From NCBI RefSeq assembly GCF_004010195.1, contig NC_057719.1, positions 91,448,512 through 91,512,511 on the forward strand: a stretch of 64,000 nucleotides of DNA, read 5' to 3'. A program made the translations under genes and the position numbers. Source of the DNA: Chiloscyllium plagiosum. Its lineage: Eukaryota. Positions 25,738 to 38,025 of the stretch are shown here, piece after piece. Within the stretch, counting starts at the first letter, position 1. The number at the start of each line of letters is the position of its first letter. The notes below the pieces were generated by a model that was not told the DNA's origin, ran no database searches, and was given only the letters and a program-made list of their open reading frames with translations.

Positions 25738-26430
25738 GGAGAAAGTGAGGTCTGCAGATGCTGGAGATTAGAGCTGGAAATGTGTTGCTGGAAAAGCGCA
25801 GCAGGTCAGGCAGCATCCAGGGAACAGGAGAATTGACGTTTCGGCCATAAGCCCTTCTTCTGGAATGAGGAAAGTTTGTCCAGCAGGCTAAGAGAATGGA
25901 GGTGGGATGGAGGTGGTAGGTCAGAGAGGAGGGTGGAGTGGATAGGGAGAAAGGAAGGTAGGCAGGTAGGACAGGTCATAGGGATGGTGCTGAGCTGGAA
26001 GGTTGGAACTGAGGTGAGGTAGGGAAAGAGGAAATGAGGAAACTGGTGAAATCCACATTGATGCCCTGGGGTTGGAGGGTCCCAAGGCAGAAGATGAGGC
26101 GTTCTTCCTCCAGGCGTCGGGTGGTGAGGGAGCAGGGTTGGAGGAGGCCCAGGACTTGCATGTCCTCAGCAGAGTGGGAGGGGGAGTTGAAAGTATGTCT
26201 AGTAGCTGACAGCTTGATAACTAAAAGACACAGGTGACAGGTGAATAACGAGTCTAGGCATGAGGTTAAGGCCTTGTCAGGCAGTGTTATGATCTGGAAG
26301 ATGGAAGTGAGGACTGCAAATGCTGGAGATCAGAGTTGAGAGTGTGGTGCTGGAAAAACACAGCGGGTCAGGCAGCATCCGAGGAGCAGGAGAGTTGACA
26401 GTTCGGGCATAAGCCCTTCATCAGGGATGC
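25738..26430 (-). mobile_element. Penelope-like 3' fragments (25738-26190 and ~26302-26427)
   Basis: RRLEEERLIFCLGTLQPQGIN plus pseudo-LTR sequence. Confidence 0.8.
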
Positions 26431-26479
26431 AAAAACCTGGTATGGTGGTGGATACAGGTTCAATAGTAACCTCCAGATG

Positions 26480-28300
26480 TGGCAACAGCTGAAGGAGAAA
26501 GAAAATAACAGGGACAAAATTGAACAGGAGTAGACTGAGGTGCAGAGGGATTTAGGTGTTGTGGTGCATGAGTGACAAAAAGCCAGTTTGCAGATACAGC
26601 ACGTAATCAGGAAAGGTAATGGGATGCTGTCCTTTATTATAAGGAGAGTTGGACATAAAAGTGAAGGTGTACAGGATCTTGGTGAGATCACATCTCGAAT
26701 GTCATGTGCAATTTTGGTCTCCTGATTTAAGGAAGGATGTAAATACATTGGAGGTGGTTCAGAGGAACTTTATTAGAGCGATACCTGGAATTAATTGGTT
26801 GTTTCATCAGGAAAGGTTTGATATGCTCAGCTCATTTCCACTGGAGTTCAGCAAAGTGAGGGGCGATTTGATTGAAGTGTGTAAGGTCCTCGATGGTCCC
26901 AACAAAGTAGACGTGGACAGAATGTTTCTTCTTCTGGGTGGTCTGAAGCTAGTGGGTCACTGTTTAAAACTTAGGGCCCAAACCTGGTCTTTCAGAATCC
27001 TTACATGTCGAGCTCTCCAATGCTGGAAACACCATTCCCAGTTGTGGCCTGTTCCTGCTGAACACCCAGGTCTTACAACTGGCCAAACTAATCTTGTGTG
27101 TTTAGGAATCCCTGAGCTCCTGGGGAGTCCCTATTTCATGTTATCTGGGATTGTTACCTGCAGGAACAGGACTCAGAAGGAAGCATCAGTGGGAAGGGTG
27201 CATGGAAGAGGATCATTTTCCAGAAATGCGCAGAAGCAATGGCCCCAGCCGGCTGGGGCACCATCACCTCAGCCGTACCATCTACAAGTCATTCCCCGGT
27301 ATTGGTGTTTCTGTCCCTTTAAGGGTGGAGAACCTAGCACACACACATACCGCTAGCAACACCCCCAAGTCACACCCCACCCAGGAATTGTCGTAAGACC
27401 ATAAGATATAGGAGCAGAATTAGGCCATTTGGCCCATTGAGTCTGTTCCATCATTCGATTGTGGCTGATATGTTTCTCAACCCCATCCTCCCACCCTCTC
27501 CCCGTAACCCTTGATCCCATTACTAATGAAGAACTTATCTATCGCTGTCTTAAATACAGCCAATGACTGGGCCTCTCTGTGACAATAAGTTCCACCCTCA
27601 GGCTGAAGAAATTCCTCCTCATCTCAGTTCTAAAGAGTCATCCCCTCACTCTGAAGCTGCACCCACGGGTCATACTCTCTCTTACTATTGGAAGCACTTC
27701 CTCCATGTCCACTGTATACACGCCTCTCAATATTCAGTAGGTTTCAATTAGATGCCCCCTTCATCCATCAAGTACAGGCCCAGAGTCTTTAACCGCTCCT
27801 CATATGACAAGTCTTTCATCCCCGGGCTCATTCTTGTAAACCTTCTCTGGACACCCTCCAAGGCCAGCACACCCTTCCTTAGATACGGACCCCAAAAGTC
27901 CTCACAATATTCTGAATGCGATCTGACCAAAGACTTATACAGCCTCAGCAGTACGTCTCTGCTCTTGTATTCTGGCCTTCACAAAATGAATACTAATATT
28001 GAATTTGCCTTCCAGATTGCAAACTGAAGTTGTACTCCTAAGTCCCATTTGTGCTTCAGATTTATGAAGCTTTTCCCCATTCAGAAAATAGCCGATACCT
28101 CTATTCTTCCTCCCAAAGTGCATATCGTCACAGTTTGCCACATTGTATTCCATCTGCCACTTTGTTGCCCACTCTCCTAGCCTGTCCAAGTCCTTCTGCA
28201 GTCTTCCCTGGCTCTCCAACATCACCTGTACCTTCATCTTATGACATCTGGAAAGTTAGCAAACATGTCCTCAGTTCCTTTGCCCAGAACATTCATGTAT
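26480..28300. mobile_element. CR1 LINE fragments (+ ~26480-26970; - ~27395-28300)
   Basis: YRILVRSHLECHVQFWSP on +; LQKDLDRLGEWATKWQMEYN and VQRRFTRMSPG on -. Confidence 0.8.
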
Positions 28301-29021
28301 AACTGTTTGCTAAATGTCGTTTACTGACTCCTGATCCACTTCATTCTCCAGAATCAGATTCATAAATAAGTTCTCATTGTGTCAGAAACATATTGATTCA
28401 GAAAATTCTCCCGAACACATTCAGGAATTCATGACCCACTCTGCCCTTTACGTCGCTTCTACCCATGCCTATGTTAGAATAATAAAGTTCTCCCACTATA
28501 ATTATTCTGTAGCTTATGGTACTCAGTAAATTCTCTGTGAATTTCCTCCTCTATTTCTTGGGTAGCCTCTAGAATGAAGCCAGTTCTAAAATACTACAAA
28601 CTGCTTACACTACAACTACTTCCCATGTTGGCATTATTTTATTTATTTATGGGAAGTGGGCATTCCTGGCTGGCTAACATTTACCCGGCTGTCCCTAGTT
28701 GCCCCTTGAGAAGGTGTCGGTGAGCTGCCTTCTTGAACTGCTGCTGTGGGTGGTCTCCCAGGAATGAAGGAATAGCTGAACAGGTTGGAGGATATGAATG
28801 TTTGGGGCAGAAACCAACATACCTGTGGAAGGAGAGGTATTGTTTTCACTCTGCAGTTAAAAAAAAGCAGCCCAAACCTGCAGACAGCCAGTTCATTTCA
28901 CCTCATCAGTTGCTGTAAGCTGTGATTTTTAAAAAATTAATAAATCAGAAACTTTTATAAGTGTGAATCAGTCACCCTGAGCAAACAAGTGAAAGTACCT
29001 TGTGTTGAGTAAAATACAAGT

Positions 29022-29126
29022 TGAAATGACTCGACAGAGTCACCAAGTTAGCTTTTATTGACACGTGGAGAGTCCTTGACACTGATCCAGCTCTGAGAGT
29101 GAGCAGAACCCCTAACACTCCTGTTT
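29022..29126 (-). mobile_element. Host solo LTR, R-U5 half (split from its U3 half at 38187-38293)
   Basis: Minus strand AAACAGGAGTGTTAGGGGTTCTG...GTCAATAAAAG...CATTTCA: polyA signal and CA end. Outer flank CAAGT (29017-29021) matches TAAGT (38294-38298). Confidence 0.75.
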
Positions 29127-30787
29127 ATTTTTATTTTATTGAACAGTACAAAATACAGCTGACAAAAAACAGAAAACAGCAGTTCACAAAAAAATCCCCA
29201 CCACGTACAGGGGAAGGGGCGGCAAAGCCAAACCCCAAACCCTACCGTTCAACCAGTTCTCAGGGAAATGAGGACAAACCTCAAATCCCAATTTCAGTAA
29301 AAAGATAACGGCAACAAACACAAACAAGGCAGTGCAACCAAATGAGAAACAGTGCATCGAACACAGACCCAATACAGCTGTAAAAAACAAGACACCTGAC
29401 ACCTCGTCTGCACCACATACTGATCAGACTGTCCTTGGCGAGCCTTCCTGCAGGACAGCCAGCCTTCCAGTCTTAGGCCGCCCTGCGTTCTGACCAATTC
29501 TCCCCAGGCCTGCTTTCCTCCAGGCCGGTCATCGACCACCCAGCTCCCAGTCGCCCCGCATATTGACCGATCTACCCCGGTCCACTTTCCTACGAGCTGG
29601 TTGTTGGCTTTCCAGTCTCCGGCTGGTCTGCATACTGACTAACCCTCCCAGCCCACTTTCCTCCAGCAACTGGCTCCCAGTCACCTCACATACTAACCAA
29701 ACCACCTCCCCGACCTGCTTTCCTACAATCACGCTGTTGGCCTTCTAGCACCTGGCCGCCCCACGTACTGACTGACCATTTCCCCTGGCCAGCGTTCCTA
29801 TGGACCAGATATCGGCTGACCGGTCCACCCCCGGTCGGCCGCCTGGCTCAGCCTCCCCACATACCGACCGGCCTGCCCTATACCAGCTTTCCTGCAAGGA
29901 CACTATGCGTTTCCTGACCTCGCCCACCCTGCTCCTCCCGGCCTGCTTTCCTCCAGGCCGGTCATCAACCCTCCGGCCCTCAGCCAGCTCACATACTGGC
30001 TGCCCCTCTCCTGACCAGTTTTCCTGTGGACACGCTGTCGGCTGCCTTGACCCCAGCCACCCAGCGTACTAACAGTCCCTGCGTTCCCTCAGGCCGGTTA
30101 TCAACCCTTCAGCTCCCGGTTTCCCCATGTACTGACTCGCCCACCTTGGCCCATACTCAAACACAATTAAATACAAAACGCACATACAGCAACTGAATTC
30201 ACAAAATCCTCACAACACAGTTTCCAGTACCAAGGCAGAGTCCACGCCACACACGCAGGTGTTCAGTCTTCACAGAGGCCTGGTCCATCCAGAGGACCAG
30301 GCCCACTCACATCAGTACACAGTACATCGTAAAGGTGCCGTTAACTCACAGGGATTTGGCCCATTCCCAAAGGCAGAGTCCACTCCAGGATGCAGCAATT
30401 ACTCACCTCCCCCACGCACACCCAGGTGTTCAGTTTTTACAGAGGCCTAGTCACCCACAAAGAGCCAGGCCTACCCATAACAGGGACAGCTTGTCTGGAA
30501 AGGTGTGTTTTCTCAGAGGCCCAGTCCGAACGCCAAAAAAAAGTGAAAGCACATTCAAAAAAAGTAAACCAGAGTGCAAGGGCTAAGTCCTGCTGTAAAA
30601 TCATCATCGTCCTTTTCTCAAAGTAAAGGAGAGAAAGAGTAACACAAAGGCTGTAACCAGCCAGTGAAACAACAGTTTCCTAATGAGAACTGAGCTACAC
30701 CTGTAACACACTGATTGCTTAAATCAGCCAGTTCCAGAATCAATCCTCGATTTAAAAAAAAGGAATACCAGTTAACAAACTGACTGT

Positions 30788-31016
30788 ATATTCTGGATCA
30801 GTGGTGCTGGAAGAGCGCAGCAATTCAGGCAGCATCCGAAGACAGGCAAAAATCGACGTTTCGGGCAAAAGCCCTTCATCAGGAATTATTCCTGATGAAG
30901 GGCTTTTGCCCGAAACGTCGATTTTGCCTGTCCTCGGATGCTGCCTGAATTGCTGTGCTCTTCCAGCACCACTGGTCCAGAATCTGGTTTCCAGCTTCTG
31001 CAGTCATTGTTTTTAC
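30788..31016. mobile_element. Palindromic Penelope-derived mini-element with two back-to-back hammerhead motifs
   Basis: 12-bp TSD CAAACTGACTGT (30776-30787 / 31017-31028); ~96-bp inverted arms 30790-30983 centred on 30887. Confidence 0.88.
30888..30923 (+). ncRNA. Minimal type I hammerhead ribozyme motif (mirror copy on - at 30851-30886)
   Basis: AUUC-CUGAUGA-A-GGGC-UUUU-GCCC-GAAACGUC-GAUU. Confidence 0.7.
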
Positions 31017-31223
31017 CAAACTGACTGTGTAAACCAGCCAGTTCAGCAATCAGGTTTCCTCCCCCAAAAATAAACAGAAACCAACAGCGTCAGTAACTCA
31101 CTGGATGTGGGCAGCCAGCTCAGAGTCAGTCCGGTCCCTGACACAAATGGAGAGTCCTTCACCACTGATCCAGCTCCGTCAGTACCAGCTCTCAGAGTGA
31201 CCAGAACCCCTGACACTCCTGCT

Positions 31224-31695
31224 TTTTTTCCTCATTTTTTTTGTTATTTTCCCCCAGTCCACTGCCTAACAGCGGTACTGCTTATTTTTCCCCAGCGCCC
31301 ATGTCAGGTGAGTGCATGTGTGAGACACAGTGAAGGACACAAGGTGCACGAATTTTTATTCAGTTTCCACCACCAGGAAGAAAGGAAACACCCGAGTGGC
31401 CAGTGACAAAGCAGTGCCCTTCACATCAAAGGGCAGTGCTGTGTGATCAAACAGTGAAGGGGAGGGTAGGGACTAAATCAAAATAGAGTTGGAGGGGGAA
31501 ATAATGCACTCCACTCACTGCGGCACCCACCTCCCCCTGAACAACTCCAGGGTGTCAGGAGACAACGGGTGCTCCTTCTCCAGGGACACCCAGACATGGA
31601 CACAATTGCGGAAGAGGGGCAGGCAGTCGGCCATAACAACACCCTCCACGGCCCGCTGCGTTGACCTGTTTATGGACAGTTTGACGAGGCCCAGG
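31224..31695 (-). mobile_element. 5'-truncated Tx1-clade LINE (insert C)
   Basis: Encodes the ORF2 C-terminus LGLVKLSINRSTQRAVEGVVMADCLPLFR...; aligns with 31740-32092; A-rich tail; flanked by target-motif copies. Confidence 0.88.
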
Positions 31696-31871
31696 AACAC
31701 TCCTGTTTTTTTCTTCTCTCTTTCTTTTTTTATATACAAAGGTGCACGAATCTTTATTCAATTTCCACCACCAGGAAGATAGGAAAACACCCAAGTAGCC
31801 AGTGACAAGCAGTGTCCTTCACATCAAAGGGCAGTGCTGTGTGATCAAAACAGTGAAGGGGAGGGTAGGGA

Positions 31872-34800
31872 CTAAATCAAAATAGAGTTGGAGGGGGAAA
31901 TAATACACTCCACTCCCTGCGGTGCCCACCTCTCCCTGAACAACTCCAGGGTGTTGGTGGACACCGCGTGCTCCTTCTCCAAGGACACCCGGGCTCTAAC
32001 GTAACCGGGAAGAGGGGCAGGCAGTCGGCCCTAACCACCCCCTTCATGGCCCGCTGCCTGGACCTGTTTGTAGCCAGTTTGGCCAGGCCCAGGAGCAGAC
32101 CCACGAGGTAGTCTTCAGAGCTGCCCTCCCTCCTCCGTACCGGGTGCCCGAAGATCAGGAGCGTGGGACTGAAGTGCAACCAAAAACAGAGGAGGAGGTT
32201 TTTGAGAAAATCAAAAAAAAAAGTGCAAACGCCCACACCCAATATACACGTGGGCCACGGACTCCACAGAACAAGCAGTTGGGCTGGGAGTCCGTGAACC
32301 ACTGCAATCTGCGGTTGCAGGGGGCCGCAGCGTGCAGCACCCTCCACCCCAGATCCCCGAGAGAAAGGGGGAGGACTCCCGCGGAGAGAGCCCTCCACTG
32401 GGGATCCCCACCGCCCGGTGGCAAATGGGCACGCCAAGGCGTGTCCGGACGGTGGATGAGGGAGAAGAGGTGGACGGTGTGCAGCAGCAGTCGGTACAGG
32501 GCTCTCCTTTTCACCTCCCTAAACAAAACANNNNNNNNNNNNNNNNNNNNNNNNNNNNNNNNNNNNNNNNNNNNNNNNNNNNNNNNNNNNNNNNNNNNNN
32601 NNNNNNNNNNNNNNNNNNNNNNNNNNNNNNNNNNNNNNNNNNNNNNNNNNNNNNNNNNNNNNNNNNNNNNNNNNNNNNNNNNNNNNNNNNNNNNNNNNNN
32701 NNNNNNNNNNNNNNNNNNNNNNNNNNNNNNNNNNNNNNNNNNNNNNNNNNNNNNNNNNNNNNNNNNNNNNNNNNNNNNNNNNNNNNNNNNNNNNNNNNNN
32801 NNNNNNNNNNNNNNNNNNNNNNNNNNNNNNNNNNNNNNNNNNNNNNNNNNNNNNNNNGTCGTCGAACAGGAGCTGCGTGTCGTAGTTGAGGTTACGCACC
32901 TGGCGGAAAAAATACGTCGCCAGGGCGCACCATCTAGGAGGAGGCTCGACGTAAAGGTATCGCCGCAAGGTCTGAAGGCGGAACGTCGCGACCTGGGTGC
33001 GGACGCACACTAGCGACTGACCGCCCTCCTCAATAGGGAGACTCAGAACCTGCGCGGCGACCCAGTGCATCTTTTTGTCCCAGAAGAAATCGACCAACGT
33101 TCTCTGGATGTCAGCGACAAAGCCAGGACCAAAGTGACCAGCCGGTAACACAGCATGGCGGCCACCAGCTGGCTTATGACCAGCACTCGACTCCTGTAAG
33201 ATAGCACTCGGAGCAGTCCTGTCCAGCGGCCTAGGCGAGCCCAGACTTGGCCTCCAGCTCCGGCCAGTTGGCCAGCCAGGATTCCTCAGCCGGGCTGAGG
33301 TAGACCCCCAGGTAGAGGAGATGGGTGGTACTCCAGCTGAACCCCCGTAACTCCTCCAGCAGAGAGTCCACCCGCCACGGACCGACCAGTAGTCCGGAAC
33401 ATTTGGCCCAGTTGATCCTGGCGGAAGACGCCGCCGAGTACACGGCCTGGCACTCCCAGCTGACCTGGGGAGGATGCGTGTCGGTGAAAGTGAGGAGCAC
33501 GTCGTCGACGAAGGCCAAGAGGACCACCCCCGTGCCCGCGCCGCGCAGAACCAGCCCCGACAACCTCCTCCGCAAGAGGCGCAGGAAAGGCTCCACACAC
33601 CGGGAATACAGCTGGCCGGACAGGGGCAGCCTTGACGCACTCCTCTCCCGAAGCGAAGGGGCACCGTCAGGGACGCGTTAACTTTAACCAGACACTCTGC
33701 GGCGGCGTACAAAAGTCGGATCCGGGCGACGAACCGCGTCCCGAACCCGAATGCCCGCAGAGTCCCGAGCAGGTACTCGTGATCAACCCTGTCGAACACC
33801 TTCTCCTGGTCGAGAGACAGGAAGGCGCGTGGCAGACCAGCCCGTCGACAGAAATGGATCAGGTCCCGGACCAGGTGGACGTTATCGTGTATCCTTCGGC
33901 CCGGGACCGTGTAGGACTGGTCCGGGTGAATCATGTGGGCCAGCACGGAAGCCAGGCGAGAAGACAACACCCTGGCGAAGATTTTGTAATCTGTGCTGAG
34001 GAGGAAGTCCGGACGCCAGTTCCTCAAGGAACAAAGGTCCCCTTTCTTTGGCAGCAGGACAATGCTCTCCAGCATTTAGACACTCCCCAGGACCTGTGCG
34101 TAGTCGCTCCCCAGGACGTCCTAGAACGCCCTGAAGAACTCCACAGTCAGCCCGTCCAGCCCCAGGGTTTTGCCCCTCGAGAGCGCCGGTCAGCTCCTCT
34201 AAAGTGACGGGAGCGTCGAACTTTCCAGCATCCTCCAGGCTGAGCTGCAGCAGGTCCTCCCACAGAACTCTGCGAGCATCCTCGCTGGATGTATCCGGAG
34301 AGAACAGAGCCATGTAATAGTTTCGGACGTGGGTCCTGATGCCCTCCGGATCCGAGACGAGGGACCCGTCGTCGGCCAGCAGCACAAGGAGTTGCTGACG
34401 GGTGCCACGCCTTTTTTCAGCGAGTAGAAGAAGGGGGAGCCGCGGTCCAGGTCCTGGAGGAGCTGGATCCGTGACCTCACGTACGCGCCCCGAGCCCCGA
34501 CGAGCTGCAGGTCCCGGAGCGCGGCCTTCTTCTCTTCGTACACCCCGCGCAGGGCCGGGTCCGCGTCGGGCTGACCGAGGCGTGACTCCAGGTCGAGCAA
34601 CTCCCTCTCCAACTCCCCGATCCTGGATTTCCGCCTCTTCGTCGACCCCCTCGCGTACTCCTGACAGAAGACGCGGACGTGAGCCTTGACCACGTCCCAC
34701 CATAGCCTCAGGGAGGGGAAGCTTCCCCGCTTCATTCTCCAGCCGGCCCAGAAACGACGAAACGAGTCCCGGAACCGCTCGTCCCCCAGCAGCAGGTTGT

Positions 34801-35554
34801 TAAAGTGCCAGTACGCGGAGCCCAGCCTGGCGCCGAACGGAAGGAGTTCCGCCCACACCAGGTGATGGTCCGTGCACGACACCTGCCGCGTGGAGGCCTT
34901 CGGAAAACAGGAGGCGTACGCCCGCGAAACGTACAGGCGGTCGATTCTGGACGCTCCGACCCCAGGCCTCACGAAGGTGAAGGCGATGGAGTCGTGATGG
35001 AGATTCCGCCAGACGTCCACCAGGTCGAAGGACTTGATCAAGTCCCCCAACCTCTTCCCCGACGCGCAGCCAGTGCGGGCACCTCCATGGTCCCTGCCCT
35101 CGAGGACGCAGTTAAAATCTCCCCCGAGGACGACGCACTGGTTCTCGTCGATGGAAGCGAGATGAGCGGACACTTCTTCGAAGAAGCTCGCTTGCCTCGT
35201 CCCGGCCAGGGGAGCGTAGACGTTCACCAAGTGAAGCACCGCGCCCCCCAGCCGAACCATCAGGTGAAGCAAACGGCCTGGCACTGGCTCCCTGACCCCC
35301 AAGATCTCCGGCTGAAAACGCGGGGCCAACAGGATAGCCACCCCGCCAGATCTGCGGGTGAGGTGACTCATGTAGACCCCCCCCCTCCCCCCTCGCCACT
35401 CCAGGAGCCAGTTGGCTTCGTCTCCTGGGGTAGTGTGGGTTTCTTGCAGGAAGCACACCGTATACCTCCCGTCCCGAAGGACCGAGAGGGTCTGGAATCT
35501 GCGCTGTGACTCCCTGCTGCCGTTGATGTTGAGGCTGGCTATAGTTGTCTCCAT
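31872..35554 (-). pseudogene. Tx1 ORF2: APE endonuclease, reverse transcriptase and C-terminal Cys motif; disrupted by frameshifts and a gap
   Basis: METTIASLNING, FLQETH, GGDFN, SRIDR, TDHH (APE); NWRP, FLSLDQEKVFDRVDH, GVRQGCP, AFVDD (RT); LPIEEGG; CLFCG; ends ...SNSILI*. Confidence 0.9.
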
Positions 35555-35599
35555 GTCGGAAGCGTTGTGCAACCACCACCAGTACAGATAACAAACCCA

Positions 35600-37480
35600 T
35601 CTAAATATTTACAGGGAGGACGAGGGAGGGCACAGAAGTCCCTCGCCCTCAACAGGAGCACTCCCAGGAAGTTCCCGACTCGCTTTCACTCATTTACGTC
35701 AAGCCCAGGCACCTGGCAAGCAGCGTGGGCCAACCAATAAACTTTTTCGAAGGAGCTCCAGCGGTCGAGCACCAGTTGAGCTCTATCCCGGCGACTCAAA
35801 GTTTACTCGACAAATTCCCAGAGGATAACACCTTCCTCCCCTCCACCGCTCGACAACCCAGCAGAGGGTCCTCCGTTGTCACCCGCACCACAGCCCATGT
35901 GGTTATTAAAGTCCTCCCCAGGGGCCGGAGGAGTTGAGGCAGCAGGAGGCCCTGCTGTAGCCCCTAGGGGTTTGGGTAGGTCGGGCCACGGTGCGGGACA
36001 GTCAAGAGGCACCGTTGGCTCGTCCCCTGGAGAGGAGGAGGAGCACCACCGGCACACTGCTAGAATGTCTCTCCTCTCCAAGGGCCATTGCCTCTTCCCC
36101 AGAGAGACCGGGGGGAATTTATGGGCCTTTCCCTCCCCGCCTGCCTTGGTGGTCATGGGGCCTGAGGTCCCGCCCCCCAGCCTTTCCCTGAATACGATTG
36201 GCTGGGGGAAGACAGGGGGTGTGGCCAGGGTGGGGAGGGTCAGCCGTGTCACTTCCTGCCCCGCCCCTGGTTTATCAGGTGATAGCAGGCGGGGCAGGGG
36301 CCCAATTCCATCTCCGGGGCCCAGAGACACGGTCGCTGCAGGAGGTGGGGTAGCGGTGGTTCCCCCCAGGTTGTGGCTGGGTGGGGCGGGGCTCAGGGGC
36401 CCCTGGGCCAGGTGTTAAAGCCCCAGGGGTTTCTCTATCGGGGTGGGTGTGGGGTTAGGATCACGTACGGGTTTGGGGGTCAGGGTTCCCACGCCGGAGT
36501 GATGCTGGCACGGCCGCAGGGCATTGTCGTGTCGGGGCGGGGCAGGTCGTGGGCTAGGTGTCGGGGAAGGGGATAGGGTGGTCTCCCCGTGGGCGGGCCT
36601 GATGCGTCGCGTCTTCTGGCCAGCCGGACGCTCACCCCCCTCCCTGCCAGAGGCTGGAGCATCGGAAGCCTCTGGTGCCGGGGCTTGAGGTGTTGGCTGA
36701 GGGGGAGTGGGAGTGGGTGCGGCGGCACCACCATCAGCCTTTGGCACGGGCTGGGCAGCCTTCTGGGTGGGGCTGTTTTTTCTAATGTGCCCCATCTCAT
36801 GGCACAGGTGGCACCGCACGCCATCCACCGTCCAGAAGGCGCGGTAGGCCGCGCCCTCGTGGAGGACGGTGAATGAACCCTCGGTGACCTCCTCCCGGGG
36901 CTAGGCAAATGAACACCTGGCGTCGGAAGGAGTATACGTGTCAGAGGGCGGGTCCTTCAGACCGAGCAGGAGCGGTTGGACTCCCGACCGGATCTCCCCC
37001 AGGATGTTGAGGTGGGGAAGAAGGAGCTCACTGGCAATGAAGGGCGGAACATTGGAGATCACGACCCTCTGGGCCGTAACCTCCANNNNNNNNNAGCTCG
37101 CTGGCAATGAAGGGCGGGACATTGGAGATCATGACCCTCTGGGCCGTAACCTCGAAAGGGTCGACGGGCAGATGTGTCCCACCCACAGTGAGCCCCCTCT
37201 CCACGGCCAGGTGGACCGCCTGCTCGGTCTTTAGGAAAAAGACAGCCTTCCCGTACATCCGGGCCGCAGCAACGATGGCTAGTGGGACGACCACACTAGC
37301 CATGGTCTTGCTGCAGGCCTCGATGGTCATATTGGGGTGGGGATAAGCCTTGACCCCCAGGCGTTTGGTTAAGTGCCTGAAGAGGGTCATGGTTGCAGCC
37401 GGGGTTAGGACAGCCGAGCCTAAGGCAGCGGCTACCCCGGCGTAGGTGCGGCTGGGCCCCGCGACCTTCGGGCTCGCCAT
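35600..37480 (-). pseudogene. Tx1 ORF1 (RRM-like region, CCHC-like knuckle, Pro-rich tail), disrupted
   Basis: MASPKVAGPSRTYAGVAA...RMYGKAVFFLKTE...GLTVGG...RVVISNVPPFI; knuckle CHLCHEMGHIRKNS. The 3' boundary is approximate. Confidence 0.8.
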
Positions 37481-37499
37481 ACTCTGCTGCTCAATTTTA

Positions 37500-38025
37500 G
37501 TAGGCCTCAGGCAGCAGCAGTGGAGATGGGCCTCTGGCAGCAGCAGCGGTGGAAGTCCTGGGGATGTACCCAAGGTGAGTCCCAGGCAGCGATGGTGGAG
37601 ACCGGCCTCAGGCAACAACAGCGGTGGAGGCAGGCCTCGGGCGAGTCCCAGGTAGGCCCTTGGTCGCAGCGGTGGGGGGCAGACCTGTTGGGGAGGGTCC
37701 CCAAGGCAAGTCCCTGGCAGCCCCAAAATTGAGTCCCAGGCAGCAGTAGTGGAAGTGGGCCTCCGGCAGCAGTAGTGGCGGAGGTCTTGGGAGGGGCCCC
37801 AAGGCAAGTCCCATGCAGCAACAGCTGAGGCAGGTCCAGGCAGGGCCCCTGAGACCAGCAGTGGGAGTGGGCCCCAGGTCAGCAGCAAGACTCCCTTGAC
37901 CTGGGTGAGGCCCAGGCTGCAGCTCCAAAAGTAGGCCCCAGACTCAAAAGCTCTCACCTCCTTCTGCTTCTGCCTCCTCCTCTTCTTCCTTCTCCTTCTT
38001 CTTTCCTTCCTCTTTCTCTTTCTCA
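37500..38025 (-). repeat. Tandem repeats and purine-rich tract in the Tx1 5' UTR
   Basis: Repeated GGCCTC(A/T/C)GGCAGCAGCAG(T/C)GG(T/C)GGA units at 37500-37830; CTT/CCT tract at 37955-38025. Confidence 0.7.

Larger units (their letters stand above)
29127..31139 (-). mobile_element. A-tailed non-coding insert with internal tandem repeats (insert A of the stack)
   Basis: AATAAA/A-rich tail on - abuts the target motif; diverged GC-rich repeats at 29430-30150 and 30230-30450; no convincing ORF; upstream flank is an ~85-bp diverged duplicate of the LTR (31140-31224). Confidence 0.6.

Noticed and set aside
29430..30150. Repeat-spacer-like pattern suggesting a CRISPR array or a repeat protein
   Set aside because: Units are diverged and irregular, the context is eukaryotic, there are no cas genes and no sustained ORF.
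33231..36908. Many overlapping plus- and minus-strand ORFs in the GC-rich block
   Set aside because: Alternative frames of the GC-rich Tx1 ORFs; only the APE, RT and knuckle frames carry motifs.
37027..37153. ~60-bp tandem duplication in Tx1 ORF1
   Set aside because: It straddles a 9-N gap, so it is most likely an unmerged contig overlap, although the copies differ slightly.
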